Source of the DNA: Candidatus Nanopelagicales bacterium
GTDB lineage: Bacteria > Actinomycetota > Actinomycetes > S36-B12
Length of the DNA: 64,000 nucleotides
Direction: 5' to 3'
Assembly (NCBI GenBank): GCA_040398845.1
Contig: JBBATH010000002.1
Span: forward strand, 75,559 to 139,558
Part shown: in pieces, positions 46,105-55,417 of the stretch
Layout of the letters: each line of letters starts with the position of its first letter
Position numbering within the stretch: position 1 is the first letter of the stretch
Program-made: the position numbers and the translations under genes
The notes under the pieces: generated by a model
The model's input: only the letters and a program-made list of their open reading frames with translations
Told to the model about the DNA's origin: nothing
Databases searched by the model: none

Positions 46105-47678
46105 CTGCTATGCCCCCACGCAAATTGTGGACCGTCGCCGTAACGGCAGGCGTGACCTCCCTAGGGATCATTGCAGCGGCCGGAATCTTCTCAGCGAGCG
46201 CCTGGTCCACACCGCATCGCGAGATCACCGCCGGAAGCGGGGCGATGACGGCGCTCAATCCCGGACTCGGTCCCCTGCCGGAGCAGGCAGTTGTCACCGA
46301 TGAGCAATTCCAGTCGAAGATCGACAACATCGTTTTTATCCTCGCTGATGATCTCGACTGGGCCACCTTTCGCCAGGTCCCGCGACTCAATGCTCTGCAG
46401 GCCAAGGCGACAACCTTCACGAATGCCACGGTGACCGACTCCCTCTGTTGCCCGTCGCGCGTCTCGATCCTGCGCGGGCAGTATGTCCACAACCACAAGG
46501 TTGTCTCCAATGAACCGGCTTCTGGCGGCGGCTGGCCCACCTTTTATCGCCTCGGCGAGGAGAAGGACTGCCTGCCGGTCTGGCTCTCGTCCGTCGGCGT
46601 GCAGACAGCATTCATGGGCAAGTACCTGAATTCCTACCCCGACGGCGCGAAGAACCCCGCCTACGTCCCACCGGGCTGGGATCGATGGGTCGTTCCGGTG
46701 ACCCAGCCGGAGATGTACCGCGGCTACGGCTACACGCTCAATGTCGACGGGACCCTGAAGACCTACGGCACCAATTTGAAGGACTTCCTCAGTGACGTCC
46801 TCGTTGGCGAGGCCGCCAAATACATCGTTTCCGCTCGGGAGCCCTTTTACCTGCAACTGAGCCTCACGAACCCGCACCGGCCATCCCCGGTCGCCACCCG
46901 GCACCTCACGAGCAGCAAGTCTGCGACCGTGCCGAGGTCAAAGGGCTACAACGCGACGGGCCTGAATGAGCCGGCATGGCGCAGCGGCCTGCCAGTGATG
47001 AGCCCTCGGCGACTCGCCACCTACGACAAGCGCTGGCGCGAGCGTGTGCAATCCGCCGAGTCCATCGCCGATGCGTACGATTCCGTCGTCGCTGCCCTGT
47101 CGAAGGCCGGCAAACTGGATACGACCCTCATCGTGGTCGGATCCGACAACGGGTACCACGCGGTCGTTCGTCGACTCCCCCCAGGTAAGCGCACCCCCTA
47201 CCTTGAGGACACCGTCGTGCCCTACCTCTTCATTGGGCCGGGGGTGGAGGCCGGGGCCAAGGTGACCGCGATGAGCTCGACGATCGACCTCGGGCCGACC
47301 TTCGCTGCGCTCCTTAACGCCAAGGTCCCCGAGTGGACCGACGGCCGCTCCCTCGTGCCCTTCCTTGCCCGCGGCACGGTTCAGGACTGGCGCACCGGGG
47401 TCATATCCGAGAGCCTGTCCCAAGCCCGGCCGGGCGACCCGGATTACGAGGCCTTCAAGCCGCCTCGGTTTACGGCGCTGCGGACCGAGCAGTGGGTGTA
47501 CGTCGAGTACGAGGACGGCACGAAAGAGATCTACAACCGGGTCACCGACCCCGACGAGCTCAACAACATTCTGTCGACTGCTGATCCGGACCTCGTCAAG
47601 TCCCTCAATCGTCAACTCCTCGCCCTGCGCACCTGCGTTGGCCCCACCTGCCGAGTAGCAGACTCCCTACCCGACTAA
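46101..47678 (+). CDS. sulfatase (formylglycine-dependent)
   Basis: Signal peptide. The CxPxR signature is in SLCCPSRVSILRGQY. Overlaps the MFS gene stop by 4 nt. Confidence 0.85.
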   Translation: MTAMPPRKLWTVAVTAGVTSLGIIAAAGIFSASAWSTPHREITAGSGAMTALNPGLGPLPEQAVVTDEQFQSKIDNIVFILADDLDWATFRQVPRLNALQAKATTFTNATVTDSLCCPSRVSILRGQYVHNHKVVSNEPASGGGWPTFYRLGEEKDCLPVWLSSVGVQTAFMGKYLNSYPDGAKNPAYVPPGWDRWVVPVTQPEMYRGYGYTLNVDGTLKTYGTNLKDFLSDVLVGEAAKYIVSAREPFYLQLSLTNPHRPSPVATRHLTSSKSATVPRSKGYNATGLNEPAWRSGLPVMSPRRLATYDKRWRERVQSAESIADAYDSVVAALSKAGKLDTTLIVVGSDNGYHAVVRRLPPGKRTPYLEDTVVPYLFIGPGVEAGAKVTAMSSTIDLGPTFAALLNAKVPEWTDGRSLVPFLARGTVQDWRTGVISESLSQARPGDPDYEAFKPPRFTALRTEQWVYVEYEDGTKEIYNRVTDPDELNNILSTADPDLVKSLNRQLLALRTCVGPTCRVADSLPD

Positions 47679-47700
47679 CCCACCCCACAAAGAACCCACC

Positions 47701-47793
47701 CGTTCATCTGGCCCGGAATCCGGGCCAGATGAACGAATCAGCGCGCAATACTGCTCAGTTCGTTCATCTCACCCAGAATGTGGGCCAGATGCG
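47701..47793. repeat. palindromic REP/MITE-like intergenic element (full copy)
   Basis: CGTTCATCTGGCCCGG aat CCGGGCCAGATGAACG (perfect 16-nt arms, 47701-47735), a 25-nt spacer, then CGTTCATCTCACCCAGAATGTGGGCCAGATGCG (47761-47793). It lies between the convergent sulfatase and Cys/Met PLP enzyme genes. Confidence 0.7.
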
Positions 47794-47800
47794 AAGGGGG

Positions 47801-48952
47801 TTAGGCGAGGGCTTGTTGTAGGTCGTCTGCTAGGTCTTCGAGGGTTTCTATCCCGACCGAGAGCCGGATGAGGTCGGACGGAACTTCGAGTGGACTGCCC
47901 GCTGCCGATGCGTGCGTCATCCGCCCGGGGTGCTCGATGAGCGACTCGACCCCGCCGAGCGACTCGCCGAGGGTGAACACCTTGGTTCGGCCACACACGT
48001 CGACCGCGTGCTGCTCCCCCCCACTCACCCGGAACGAAATCATCCCGCCGAAGTCGCGCATTTGACGCTTCGCGACCTCATGCCCCGGGTGCATGGGTAG
48101 GCCCGGCCACATGACCTGAACCACCGAGGGGTGGGCGAGGAGCAGATCAACGATCGCTCGCGCGTTCGCGCAGTGACGGTCCATGCGGACGCCTAGGGTC
48201 TTGATACCGCGCAGGACGAGCCAACTGTCAAACGGCCCGGCGATGGCGCCCATGGCGTTCTGGTGGAATCGCAGCCGCTCGATAAGCGCCGCATCGGTGG
48301 CAACGAGTGCTCCTCCGATGACGTCGCTGTGCCCGCCGAGGTACTTCGTCGTGCTGTGCACCACGATGTCGGCCCCGAGCGCAATCGGCTGCTGCAGGTA
48401 GGGCGAGGCGAAGGTGCTGTCAACGACAAGCAGGGCGCCTGCCGCGTGGGCCACGCCCGCCAGCGCGGCGATATCGGCGATATTGAGGAGCGGATTGGTC
48501 GGCGTCTCGATCCAGACCAGCTTGGTGCGTCCGGGGACGATGGCCGCGGCGACGGAAGTTGGGTCGGTGACGTCGGCCGGAGTGTGATCGACCCCCCACG
48601 GGCCCGCCACCTTCGAAAAGAGCCGGTAGGTGCCTCCGTAGGCGTCGTTGGGGATGACTGCGTGGTCGCCGGGCCGGCAGACGGTACGGATGACGGTGTC
48701 TTCGGCTGCGAGGCCCGAGGCGAATGCCAGACCGGCAGCGCCGAGCACCCCGGGCGCCTCGAGCGCTGCCAGGCACTCCTCGAGCGCCGTACGGGTCGGG
48801 TTGCCGCTACGCGAGTACTCATAACCCCCGCGCAGTCCACCAACACCGTCCTGGGCGTACGTCGAGACCTGGTAGATCGGGGGCACGACGGCCCCGGTCA
48901 GCGGGTCTGGCTCCTGGCCGGCATGTATCGCGCGTGTGTCGAATCCACTCAT
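47801..48952 (-). CDS. cystathionine gamma-synthase / gamma-lyase family PLP enzyme
   Basis: PLP-lysine motif HSTTKYLGGHSD. 383 aa. Exact specificity (MetB versus CGL) cannot be decided by eye. Confidence 0.85.
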   Translation of the reverse strand: MSGFDTRAIHAGQEPDPLTGAVVPPIYQVSTYAQDGVGGLRGGYEYSRSGNPTRTALEECLAALEAPGVLGAAGLAFASGLAAEDTVIRTVCRPGDHAVIPNDAYGGTYRLFSKVAGPWGVDHTPADVTDPTSVAAAIVPGRTKLVWIETPTNPLLNIADIAALAGVAHAAGALLVVDSTFASPYLQQPIALGADIVVHSTTKYLGGHSDVIGGALVATDAALIERLRFHQNAMGAIAGPFDSWLVLRGIKTLGVRMDRHCANARAIVDLLLAHPSVVQVMWPGLPMHPGHEVAKRQMRDFGGMISFRVSGGEQHAVDVCGRTKVFTLGESLGGVESLIEHPGRMTHASAAGSPLEVPSDLIRLSVGIETLEDLADDLQQALA

Positions 48953-48970
48953 GCGTCGTACCCTACGGGC

Positions 48971-49627
48971 ATGAGCATGTTCGGATTTTCGAAGTCGTCA
49001 ATGATCACCCCCGACAAGGCCCTCCCGGGTCATGCGACCCGGCCATTCACGGTGGGCGATACCCACGCGGTACTCGGGAGCTCGTTGACCGGTCCCTGGC
49101 CCGACACGTCGGTCTCGATCTACCTCGCGATGGGCTGCTTTTGGGGTGCAGAGGAGATCTACTGGCGCCTGCCGGGAGTGCTCTCGACGAGCGTGGGCTA
49201 CATGGGGGGCTTCACGCCGAACCCGACCTACGAGGAGGTCTGCACGGGCCTCACCGGCCACACCGAGGCCGTGCGCGTCGTCTACGAGCCAGCGAACCTC
49301 ACCACTTACGACGTCCTGAAGACCTTCTGGGAGAACCACGACCCGACGCAGGGCTACCGGCAGGGCAACGACATGGGCACCCAGTATCGAAGCGCCCTGC
49401 TCTACACGACCGATGAGCAGCGCGATCTGGCCGAACTCACGAGAGCGGCGTACCAGAAGGTCATCACCGAGCGAGGCTACGGCGACATCACCACTCAGAT
49501 CGCCCCGGCATCAGACTTCGGGTACTTCTACGCGGAGGATCACCACCAGCAGTACCTCTACAAGGTGCCCAATGGGTACCGCTGCCACGCAAACACCGGC
49601 CTAGCACTCCCCGCACTGGCGGTCTAG
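48971..49627 (+). CDS. msrA: peptide-methionine (S)-S-oxide reductase
   Basis: Catalytic GCFWGAEE. The start is taken at MSMFGF (48971), because the 5' part of the 454-aa track ORF is antisense to the preceding gene. Confidence 0.9.
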   Translation: MSMFGFSKSSMITPDKALPGHATRPFTVGDTHAVLGSSLTGPWPDTSVSIYLAMGCFWGAEEIYWRLPGVLSTSVGYMGGFTPNPTYEEVCTGLTGHTEAVRVVYEPANLTTYDVLKTFWENHDPTQGYRQGNDMGTQYRSALLYTTDEQRDLAELTRAAYQKVITERGYGDITTQIAPASDFGYFYAEDHHQQYLYKVPNGYRCHANTGLALPALAV

Positions 49628-51004
49628 TTACCTCGAGAGGTAGCCGAGGACATCTTGGCGGGTGATGACCCCGGTCGGCTTGCCGTCATCAACAACGACC
49701 GCGGCGTCGGACGCCTCGAGGGCTGCCACGGCAACCTTGATCGGCTCACCAGCCCCGATCATCGGCAGCGCAGCCGACATGTGGGCCGACACCGGGTCAG
49801 CCAATTGCGCCTTCCCCGAAAACAGTGCATCGAGGAGATCCCGCTCAACGACAGCCCCGACAACCTCAGCGGCCATCACGGGCGGCTCGGCGCGCACGAC
49901 CGGCATCTGCGACACCCCGTACTCGCGCAGGATGTCGATTGCATCGCGGACGGTCTCGGTCGGGTGGGTGTGGACGAGCCTGGGCATGGCACCCGACTTG
50001 CCAAGGAGGACGTCGCCGACGGTGCGCTCAGTATCAGACTGAAGGAATCCGTAGGAACTCATCCACTCGTCATTAAAGACCTTCGAAAGGTAGCCACGAC
50101 CGCTGTCTGGGAGCAGCACGACGATGACGTCGTCCGGACCCGCCGTGGCAGCGACGCGAACGGCCGCGACCATCGCCATACCGCATGAGCCACCAACGAG
50201 GAGTCCCTCCTCCTTGGCCAGACGCCGAGTCATGGCGAAGGATTCCTTGTCACAGACGGCGATGATCTCGTCGCACACGGTCGGGTCGTAGGCGGTTGGC
50301 CAGAAGTCCTCACCGACGCCCTCGACGAGATAGGGCCGGCCAGTGCCCCCTGAGTAGACCGACCCTTCCGGATCGGCGCCGATGACACGAACCGCTCCGT
50401 TGCTCATCTCCTTGAGGTAACGCCCCGTGCCGGAGATCGTCCCACCGGTACCCACACCGGCGACGAAGTGCGTGACTCGACCCTCGGTCTGCTTCCAGAT
50501 CTCCGGACCGGTGGTTTCGTAGTGGGAGCGGGGATTGTTCTGGTTGGAGTACTGATCGGGCTTCCAGGCGCTTGGGATCTCACGTGCGAGCCGCTCGCTC
50601 ACGGAGTAGTAGGAACGCGGGTCCTCTGGGTCAACAGCGGTAGGGCAAACGACGACGTCGGCCCCATAGGCCTTGAGCACATTGCGCTTGTCCTCGCTCA
50701 CCTTGTCGGGGCACACGAAAACGCAGCGATAACCGCGCTGCTGGGCGACGAGCGCAAGCCCGACGCCGGTGTTGCCGCTTGTCGGCTCGACGATGGTCCC
50801 GCCGGGCTTGAGGGAACCATCAGCTTCTGCCGCGTCGATCATGCGTGAGGCAATTCGATCCTTGACCGAGCCCCCCGGATTGAAGTACTCGACCTTGGCA
50901 ATGAGCAGCGGACCAGGCTCAGGGACCACCCCTCGCGTCACCGCGTGAATGCGGACGAGCGGGGTATTGCCAATGAGGTCAGTGACCGAATCATGTATCT
51001 CCAC
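49628..51004 (-). CDS. cbs: cystathionine beta-synthase (PLP fold plus tandem CBS domains)
   Basis: NPGGSVKDR, PTSGNTGVGLA, GTGGTISG, then a C-terminal CBS pair. 458 aa. Confidence 0.85.
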   Translation of the reverse strand: MEIHDSVTDLIGNTPLVRIHAVTRGVVPEPGPLLIAKVEYFNPGGSVKDRIASRMIDAAEADGSLKPGGTIVEPTSGNTGVGLALVAQQRGYRCVFVCPDKVSEDKRNVLKAYGADVVVCPTAVDPEDPRSYYSVSERLAREIPSAWKPDQYSNQNNPRSHYETTGPEIWKQTEGRVTHFVAGVGTGGTISGTGRYLKEMSNGAVRVIGADPEGSVYSGGTGRPYLVEGVGEDFWPTAYDPTVCDEIIAVCDKESFAMTRRLAKEEGLLVGGSCGMAMVAAVRVAATAGPDDVIVVLLPDSGRGYLSKVFNDEWMSSYGFLQSDTERTVGDVLLGKSGAMPRLVHTHPTETVRDAIDILREYGVSQMPVVRAEPPVMAAEVVGAVVERDLLDALFSGKAQLADPVSAHMSAALPMIGAGEPIKVAVAALEASDAAVVVDDGKPTGVITRQDVLGYLSR

Positions 51005-51036
51005 AGTGCTACCCTAGGACCTCGTAGGCTCAGGTC

Positions 51037-51231
51037 ATGGGGAACCCTGCCGTCGTGCTCGTCCCAGGGGTCGTCCATACCCCGGGCTATACCCCCGGCT
51101 ATACCCCCGGCGACTCCATCCTCGCCGGCCTCGAGGACGGCATCGCCGCGTTCAAGCACGGCCCCGAACTCAGTGACCACGCACGTGAACGGATCCGCGA
51201 CTTCCTTCGTGCGAAGGGCAACCATGAGTGA
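51037..51231 (+). CDS. hypothetical small protein (64 aa)
   Basis: High-GC3 codon pattern. Contains the PGYTPGYTPG tandem duplication. No homology recognised. Confidence 0.35.
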   Translation: MGNPAVVLVPGVVHTPGYTPGYTPGDSILAGLEDGIAAFKHGPELSDHARERIRDFLRAKGNHE

Positions 51232-51526
51232 CGGCGCCGCCGAGTTCGCCAGAGAACTGGGCCGAGTCGTCGACCGCCTTCGTGGCATGCCGCTCACCAA
51301 ACTCGCCGCCAGCGCAGAACTCGCATTCAGGGCGTGCGAGCGACTGCTCTCGATGGCCATAGCGGCAGGTGACTGCGCGCCCGCCCTCCTGCCCCGCCTC
51401 GGCGACCACGCCTCGGGCGACCAACTTTCGGTCATCGGCCGTGACTTCGCGTCACTTCAACCTGATGTCGTCGCCTACCTGCAAGCAACCGACATCCTCG
51501 CCGAGCTGCGCCGCGCGCTTCCCTGA
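51225..51526 (+). CDS. hypothetical protein (100 aa)
   Basis: Starts MSDGAAEF, overlapping the previous ORF by 7 nt. Coding-like codon use. No domain recognised. Confidence 0.4.
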
Positions 51527-51633
51527 CCCCTCACCAACGACAAACGCACCCCGAATCTCGATGACGGGGCCGCGAGGGGCTCGCTCATCGGGATTCAGGG
51601 TGCGTTTGATCGCCGCGACGCAGCGGTTGAGGA

Positions 51634-52494
51634 CTAGTTGCGGCTGAAGATCGCGATCAGCCGCAGGAACTCAAGGTAAATCCACACGAGGGTGACGAGC
51701 AGGCCAAACGCCATCCGCCACGACTCGCGCTCCGGCGCACCGAGCGCGATGCCCTGCTTGATGGCCTCGAAGTCGAGCATGAGGAAGAAGGCGGCGATCA
51801 GGACACCGAACACGCAGATGAGCAGGCCGATCATGCCGACTCCGTAGAAGCCCCAGCCACCACCGACGCCAAACATCGAGGCGATGAATGATGCGAGGCC
51901 GAGCACGAGGTAGGAGACCGCTGCAACCATCAGGATGCTCTGGAACTTCTTCGTGACCTTCACGACGCCCGTGAGGTAGAGCGTGAGCATGACGGCAAAG
52001 GTGGTCATCGTCGCGACGACCGCCTGGAGGACGATGCCGTTGTAGTCAGATGATTGTGCGTACTGGTCGAAGATATTGCTGATCGCGCCGAGGAACACGC
52101 CCTCGAAGACCGCGTAGAGGATCATAAGTGGCGGCGAGACGCGCTTCTTGAGGGCGTTGACGAAGCCGAGGACGGTCGCCACGATGAGCGCCGGCAGGAT
52201 GATGATCGGGGCTGCATCGACCAGGTTCCAGCCGAGGATCGCGAAGACAACGACGACGACGAACATCATCATCGTCTTGACGATGACATCGTTGATCGTG
52301 AGTCGGACGCCACCTGCGGCCGTGATCGCCTGGAATTCGGCGTTCGTATCTGCTGGCGGTGCACCGACAGGAGCGGTCGCGACAGGCGTCGCACCGCTGG
52401 CTGACGCATAGGCCGTGCGGCCTTCATCAAAAGCGAAGCCGGCCTCGCCGGGCTTCTTCTCGTAGCGGGCAAGGACAGGGTTATTTGACTGCAT
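51634..52494 (-). CDS. Bax inhibitor-1 / YccA family membrane protein
   Basis: N-terminus MQSNNPVLARY..., a low-complexity linker, then 7 TM helices, as in actinobacterial BI-1 proteins. Confidence 0.75.
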   Translation of the reverse strand: MQSNNPVLARYEKKPGEAGFAFDEGRTAYASASGATPVATAPVGAPPADTNAEFQAITAAGGVRLTINDVIVKTMMMFVVVVVFAILGWNLVDAAPIIILPALIVATVLGFVNALKKRVSPPLMILYAVFEGVFLGAISNIFDQYAQSSDYNGIVLQAVVATMTTFAVMLTLYLTGVVKVTKKFQSILMVAAVSYLVLGLASFIASMFGVGGGWGFYGVGMIGLLICVFGVLIAAFFLMLDFEAIKQGIALGAPERESWRMAFGLLVTLVWIYLEFLRLIAIFSRN

Positions 52495-52544
52495 GGAAAC
52501 ACGTTAACCGAACAGCGACGTTTCGACAATCGCGACCTACAAAT

Positions 52545-52621
52545 TGGTGCCCCCGATGGGATTTGAACCCATACTGTGCCGGGTTTAAGCCGGGTGTCTC
52601 TGCCAGTTGGACTACGGGGGC
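52545..52621 (-). tRNA. tRNA with anticodon UAA (Leu by the code), class I geometry, encoded CCA
   Basis: The minus strand reads GCCCCCG TA GTCCAACTGGCAGAGAC A CCCGG CTTAAAC CCGGC ACAGT ATGGG TTCAAAT CCCAT CGGGGGC A CCA. It has a 7-bp acceptor stem, a perfect T arm, U33, and anticodon U34-A35-A36. The variable loop is only 5 nt and the anticodon stem has a C-C mismatch. Confidence 0.8.
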
Positions 52622-52649
52622 GCGATGCCAACCCTAGGTGCCTCGAAGG

Positions 52650-53342
52650 TCAGTCCCGCAGGGACCGGCACTCACGAATGTGGTCGATTGTGCGTCGCCA
52701 CGCCGCTACGGCGTTCGACTCCTGAAAGACCTCAGGACGGTCATCATTGAAGAATGCGTGCACCGAGCCCGGGTATTCAATGACCGTGGCCGCTCCACCG
52801 TGCTCAGTGATGGCTTCCGCGTAGGTAGCGATCGCGGGTCCGGCCCAGGATTCATCGGACTCGGCCTTGTGGATGAGCGCTGACTTGCCGGCGTACTGCG
52901 ACCAGTCCGGCGCGAAGTCGGGCCACGGCATGGCAGGGTAGAACGCAACGGAGCAGCAGACGTCAGCGCTTACCGTCGGCGCGAGGAGCGCGAGGCCGCC
53001 CCCCATGCAGAAGCCAACGACCGCGATCCCGTCTCCCTCGACCTCGGGAAGCTCCGCAAGGGTTCGGGCTGCATACGCAAGATCATCGGTAACGCGTTCG
53101 ATATTCAGGCCGAGCATGAGCTTTTGCGCCTCGTCAGGTTCCGTTGTCTCGACTCCCCGATAGTGGTCAACGGCCATTGCAACGAAGCCCTCGTCTGCGA
53201 AACGCTGGAGTACGTCGCGAATGTGCGGGACAAGGCCCCACCACTCCTGCACGACGATAACACCGGGACCGCCACCGGAGGCGGGACGCGAGATCAGGGC
53301 CGGGACCATGTCACCGCGGATGTCGATCGAGATGCGCTTCAT
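52650..53342 (-). CDS. dienelactone hydrolase family protein
   Basis: GVIVVQEWWGL, GFCMGG nucleophile elbow, YPGSVHAF. Start trimmed to MKRISI. Confidence 0.75.
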   Translation of the reverse strand: MKRISIDIRGDMVPALISRPASGGGPGVIVVQEWWGLVPHIRDVLQRFADEGFVAMAVDHYRGVETTEPDEAQKLMLGLNIERVTDDLAYAARTLAELPEVEGDGIAVVGFCMGGGLALLAPTVSADVCCSVAFYPAMPWPDFAPDWSQYAGKSALIHKAESDESWAGPAIATYAEAITEHGGAATVIEYPGSVHAFFNDDRPEVFQESNAVAAWRRTIDHIRECRSLRD

Positions 53343-53402
53343 CCGCCAAGTGTGCATCACCGCAGCCCGATCCACAGCCCCTTCAGCCACAACGGAGTCA
53401 GG

Positions 53403-54413
53403 TCACCCGGTCGCGGCAGTTGTCGATCCGCGAACGAAGAGTCGGGTCGGCAGCTGGCATGACGGCACTGCCGCCGCCACCGTCCCCGCCGTGATCTGTT
53501 CGAGCAGGGTCTCGGCGGCCATCCGACCGAGCTCGACGACCGGCTGGGCCACCGTCGTCAGATCGAGGAGTTCTGACATGTCGTGGCCATCGACACCGAT
53601 GAGGGAGAGGTCTGTGCCAGCCACCAGGCCGTGGCTGCGGAGCGAACGCATCGCGCCGAAGGCCATCTCATCGGACATCGCGAAGACCGCAGTGGGTCGG
53701 TTGCGTTGAGTGAGGAGCGACGTCATCGCCTGCTCGCCGCCTGCGACCGTGAAGTGCCCGGTTGACTCCAAATGCGGATCCACCTCGAGGCCCGCCTCGG
53801 ACATTACCTCCCGAAATCCTCGCTGACGATCCTGATCCGCCGTGGACGGGGAGTTCGTTGCCGACCCCCCGATGATGCCGATGCGCCGATGGCCGAGGTT
53901 GACGAGGTGCTGGGTCGCAATGCGGGCGGCAAGGACGTCGTCGATCGTCACACTTGGCACACCGTCCAACGAGACCCCGATAAGACTGGTCGGCATGCCG
54001 AGGTCGATCACCTCACGGAGTTCCGGTTCGCTCGGCGGTACCGCGATGACGAGCACTCCATCCACCCGTCGTCTGAGCCTCGGCGCCGGCGGCTGCCGTA
54101 GCTGAGCGTCGGGATTCGAGACGCTCATGAGGAGCAGGTCCATGCCCGCGCTCTGGAGTACTGACTCGATCCCAGAGATGACGGTTGAGAAGAACCATCG
54201 TGCGATGTACGGCGTGATGACGGCGACGCTGCCGGTCCGGCCGCTCGCGAGTCGTGATGCGCTCGGCGAAATCACGTAATCGAGGTCGCCAGCGATCCTC
54301 TGCACGCGCAATCGGGTCTGCTCGTCGACATTCGGAAGTCCGCGCAGCGCCCGCGAAACGGTCGCTGTTGAGACGCCGGCCGCTTGGGCGACGTCGCGAA
54401 TCGTGATGCCCAT
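53403..54413 (-). CDS. LacI family transcriptional regulator
   Basis: N-terminal HTH ITIRDVAQAAGVSTATVSRAL, then a periplasmic-binding-protein-like effector domain. Confidence 0.88.
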   Translation of the reverse strand: MGITIRDVAQAAGVSTATVSRALRGLPNVDEQTRLRVQRIAGDLDYVISPSASRLASGRTGSVAVITPYIARWFFSTVISGIESVLQSAGMDLLLMSVSNPDAQLRQPPAPRLRRRVDGVLVIAVPPSEPELREVIDLGMPTSLIGVSLDGVPSVTIDDVLAARIATQHLVNLGHRRIGIIGGSATNSPSTADQDRQRGFREVMSEAGLEVDPHLESTGHFTVAGGEQAMTSLLTQRNRPTAVFAMSDEMAFGAMRSLRSHGLVAGTDLSLIGVDGHDMSELLDLTTVAQPVVELGRMAAETLLEQITAGTVAAAVPSCQLPTRLFVRGSTTAATG

Positions 54414-54466
54414 TCTCGGGAGTGTAGACAGGCGCCCCTGCCTTCCACAATCGGTTACATTGTGAA

Positions 54467-55417
54467 TCAGCGAGGTTGCTTGGAGCTCAGCGAAGCCAGC
54501 CTATACACGATGCCGTCGAGGATGTCGGTCTCACTCGCGATGACCTCCTGCTGATCAAAGGCCCGCATGAGCGCTCGAAGCACCATCGCTCCGCCGGCGA
54601 TGACATCGATCCGTCCCTCATGCATGAAGGGCAACTTTGCGCGCTGCGCCCGTGTCATCGCGAGTAGCCGCTCGGTCACGTGCTCCACCTCGTCACGGGT
54701 GACGACCGCACCATGCAGGAGCGCCGGATCATATTCTGCGAGGTCAAGCACCATCGCAGCGACCGTTGTCACCGACCCCGCGACTCCGACGAGGGTGCGC
54801 GCCTCCCCTACCGGAACCGCGCTCGCGACCGTCGCGAGGGCGTCGGCAAGGTCGGCTTCAACCAGGTCGATCTCACGGGTGCTCGGCGGATCTGAATGCA
54901 AGTGACGTTCGGTCATACGGACGCATCCGATGTTCACGCTGATGCTGTGGCTCGGGAGTTCACCGCCGAGGACGAACTCAGTCGATCCGCCACCAATGTC
55001 GACAACGAGGACTGGTTGCGTAAGTAGGCCCTGCGGCAGGCCGCGCACTGCGCCGAGAAATGAGAGTTCCGCCTCCTCTGCGCCGGGGATGACATCAGGT
55101 TCAACCCCGAGCCGGGCCTTCACTCCAGCCACGAATTCAGCACGATTGCCGGCATCGCGGGTCGCCGAGGTGGCGACGAATCGCAGGGGCGGATTGCCGT
55201 ACTTCGACAGTAGAGCGGCGTAGTCATCGCACGCCGCGAAGGTCCTTTCGAGCGCCCCCTGCGAGAACTCGCCAGTGCTATCGACTCCTTCACCGAGGCG
55301 CACGACCCGCATGATGCGATCGAGGTTGCGCAGTTCACCCGTCACCCCATCGACGTCAGCAGTGAGGAGCCTGATCGAGTTAGTGCCGCAGTCGATCGCC
55401 GCCACCACCAGCGTCAC
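54467..55417 (-). CDS. ppx: Ppx/GppA family phosphatase (exopolyphosphatase)
   Basis: AAIDCGTNSIRLL and VVDIGGGSTEF motifs. The GTG start at 55417 overlaps the TGA of the upstream gene (GTGA). Confidence 0.85.
   Translation of the reverse strand: MTLVVAAIDCGTNSIRLLTADVDGVTGELRNLDRIMRVVRLGEGVDSTGEFSQGALERTFAACDDYAALLSKYGNPPLRFVATSATRDAGNRAEFVAGVKARLGVEPDVIPGAEEAELSFLGAVRGLPQGLLTQPVLVVDIGGGSTEFVLGGELPSHSISVNIGCVRMTERHLHSDPPSTREIDLVEADLADALATVASAVPVGEARTLVGVAGSVTTVAAMVLDLAEYDPALLHGAVVTRDEVEHVTERLLAMTRAQRAKLPFMHEGRIDVIAGGAMVLRALMRAFDQQEVIASETDILDGIVYRLASLSSKQPR

Noticed and set aside
48263-48970. 5' two-thirds of the 454-aa ORF 48263..49627
   Set aside because: This part is antisense to the Cys/Met PLP enzyme gene and has no homology. 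The MsrA similarity begins only at MSMFGF (48971).
51085-51110. Tandem duplication GGCTATACCCCC x2 (encodes PGYT-PGYT-PG)
   Set aside because: A trivial two-copy microsatellite-like duplication inside an unverified small ORF, with no sign of an array or phase-variation tract.
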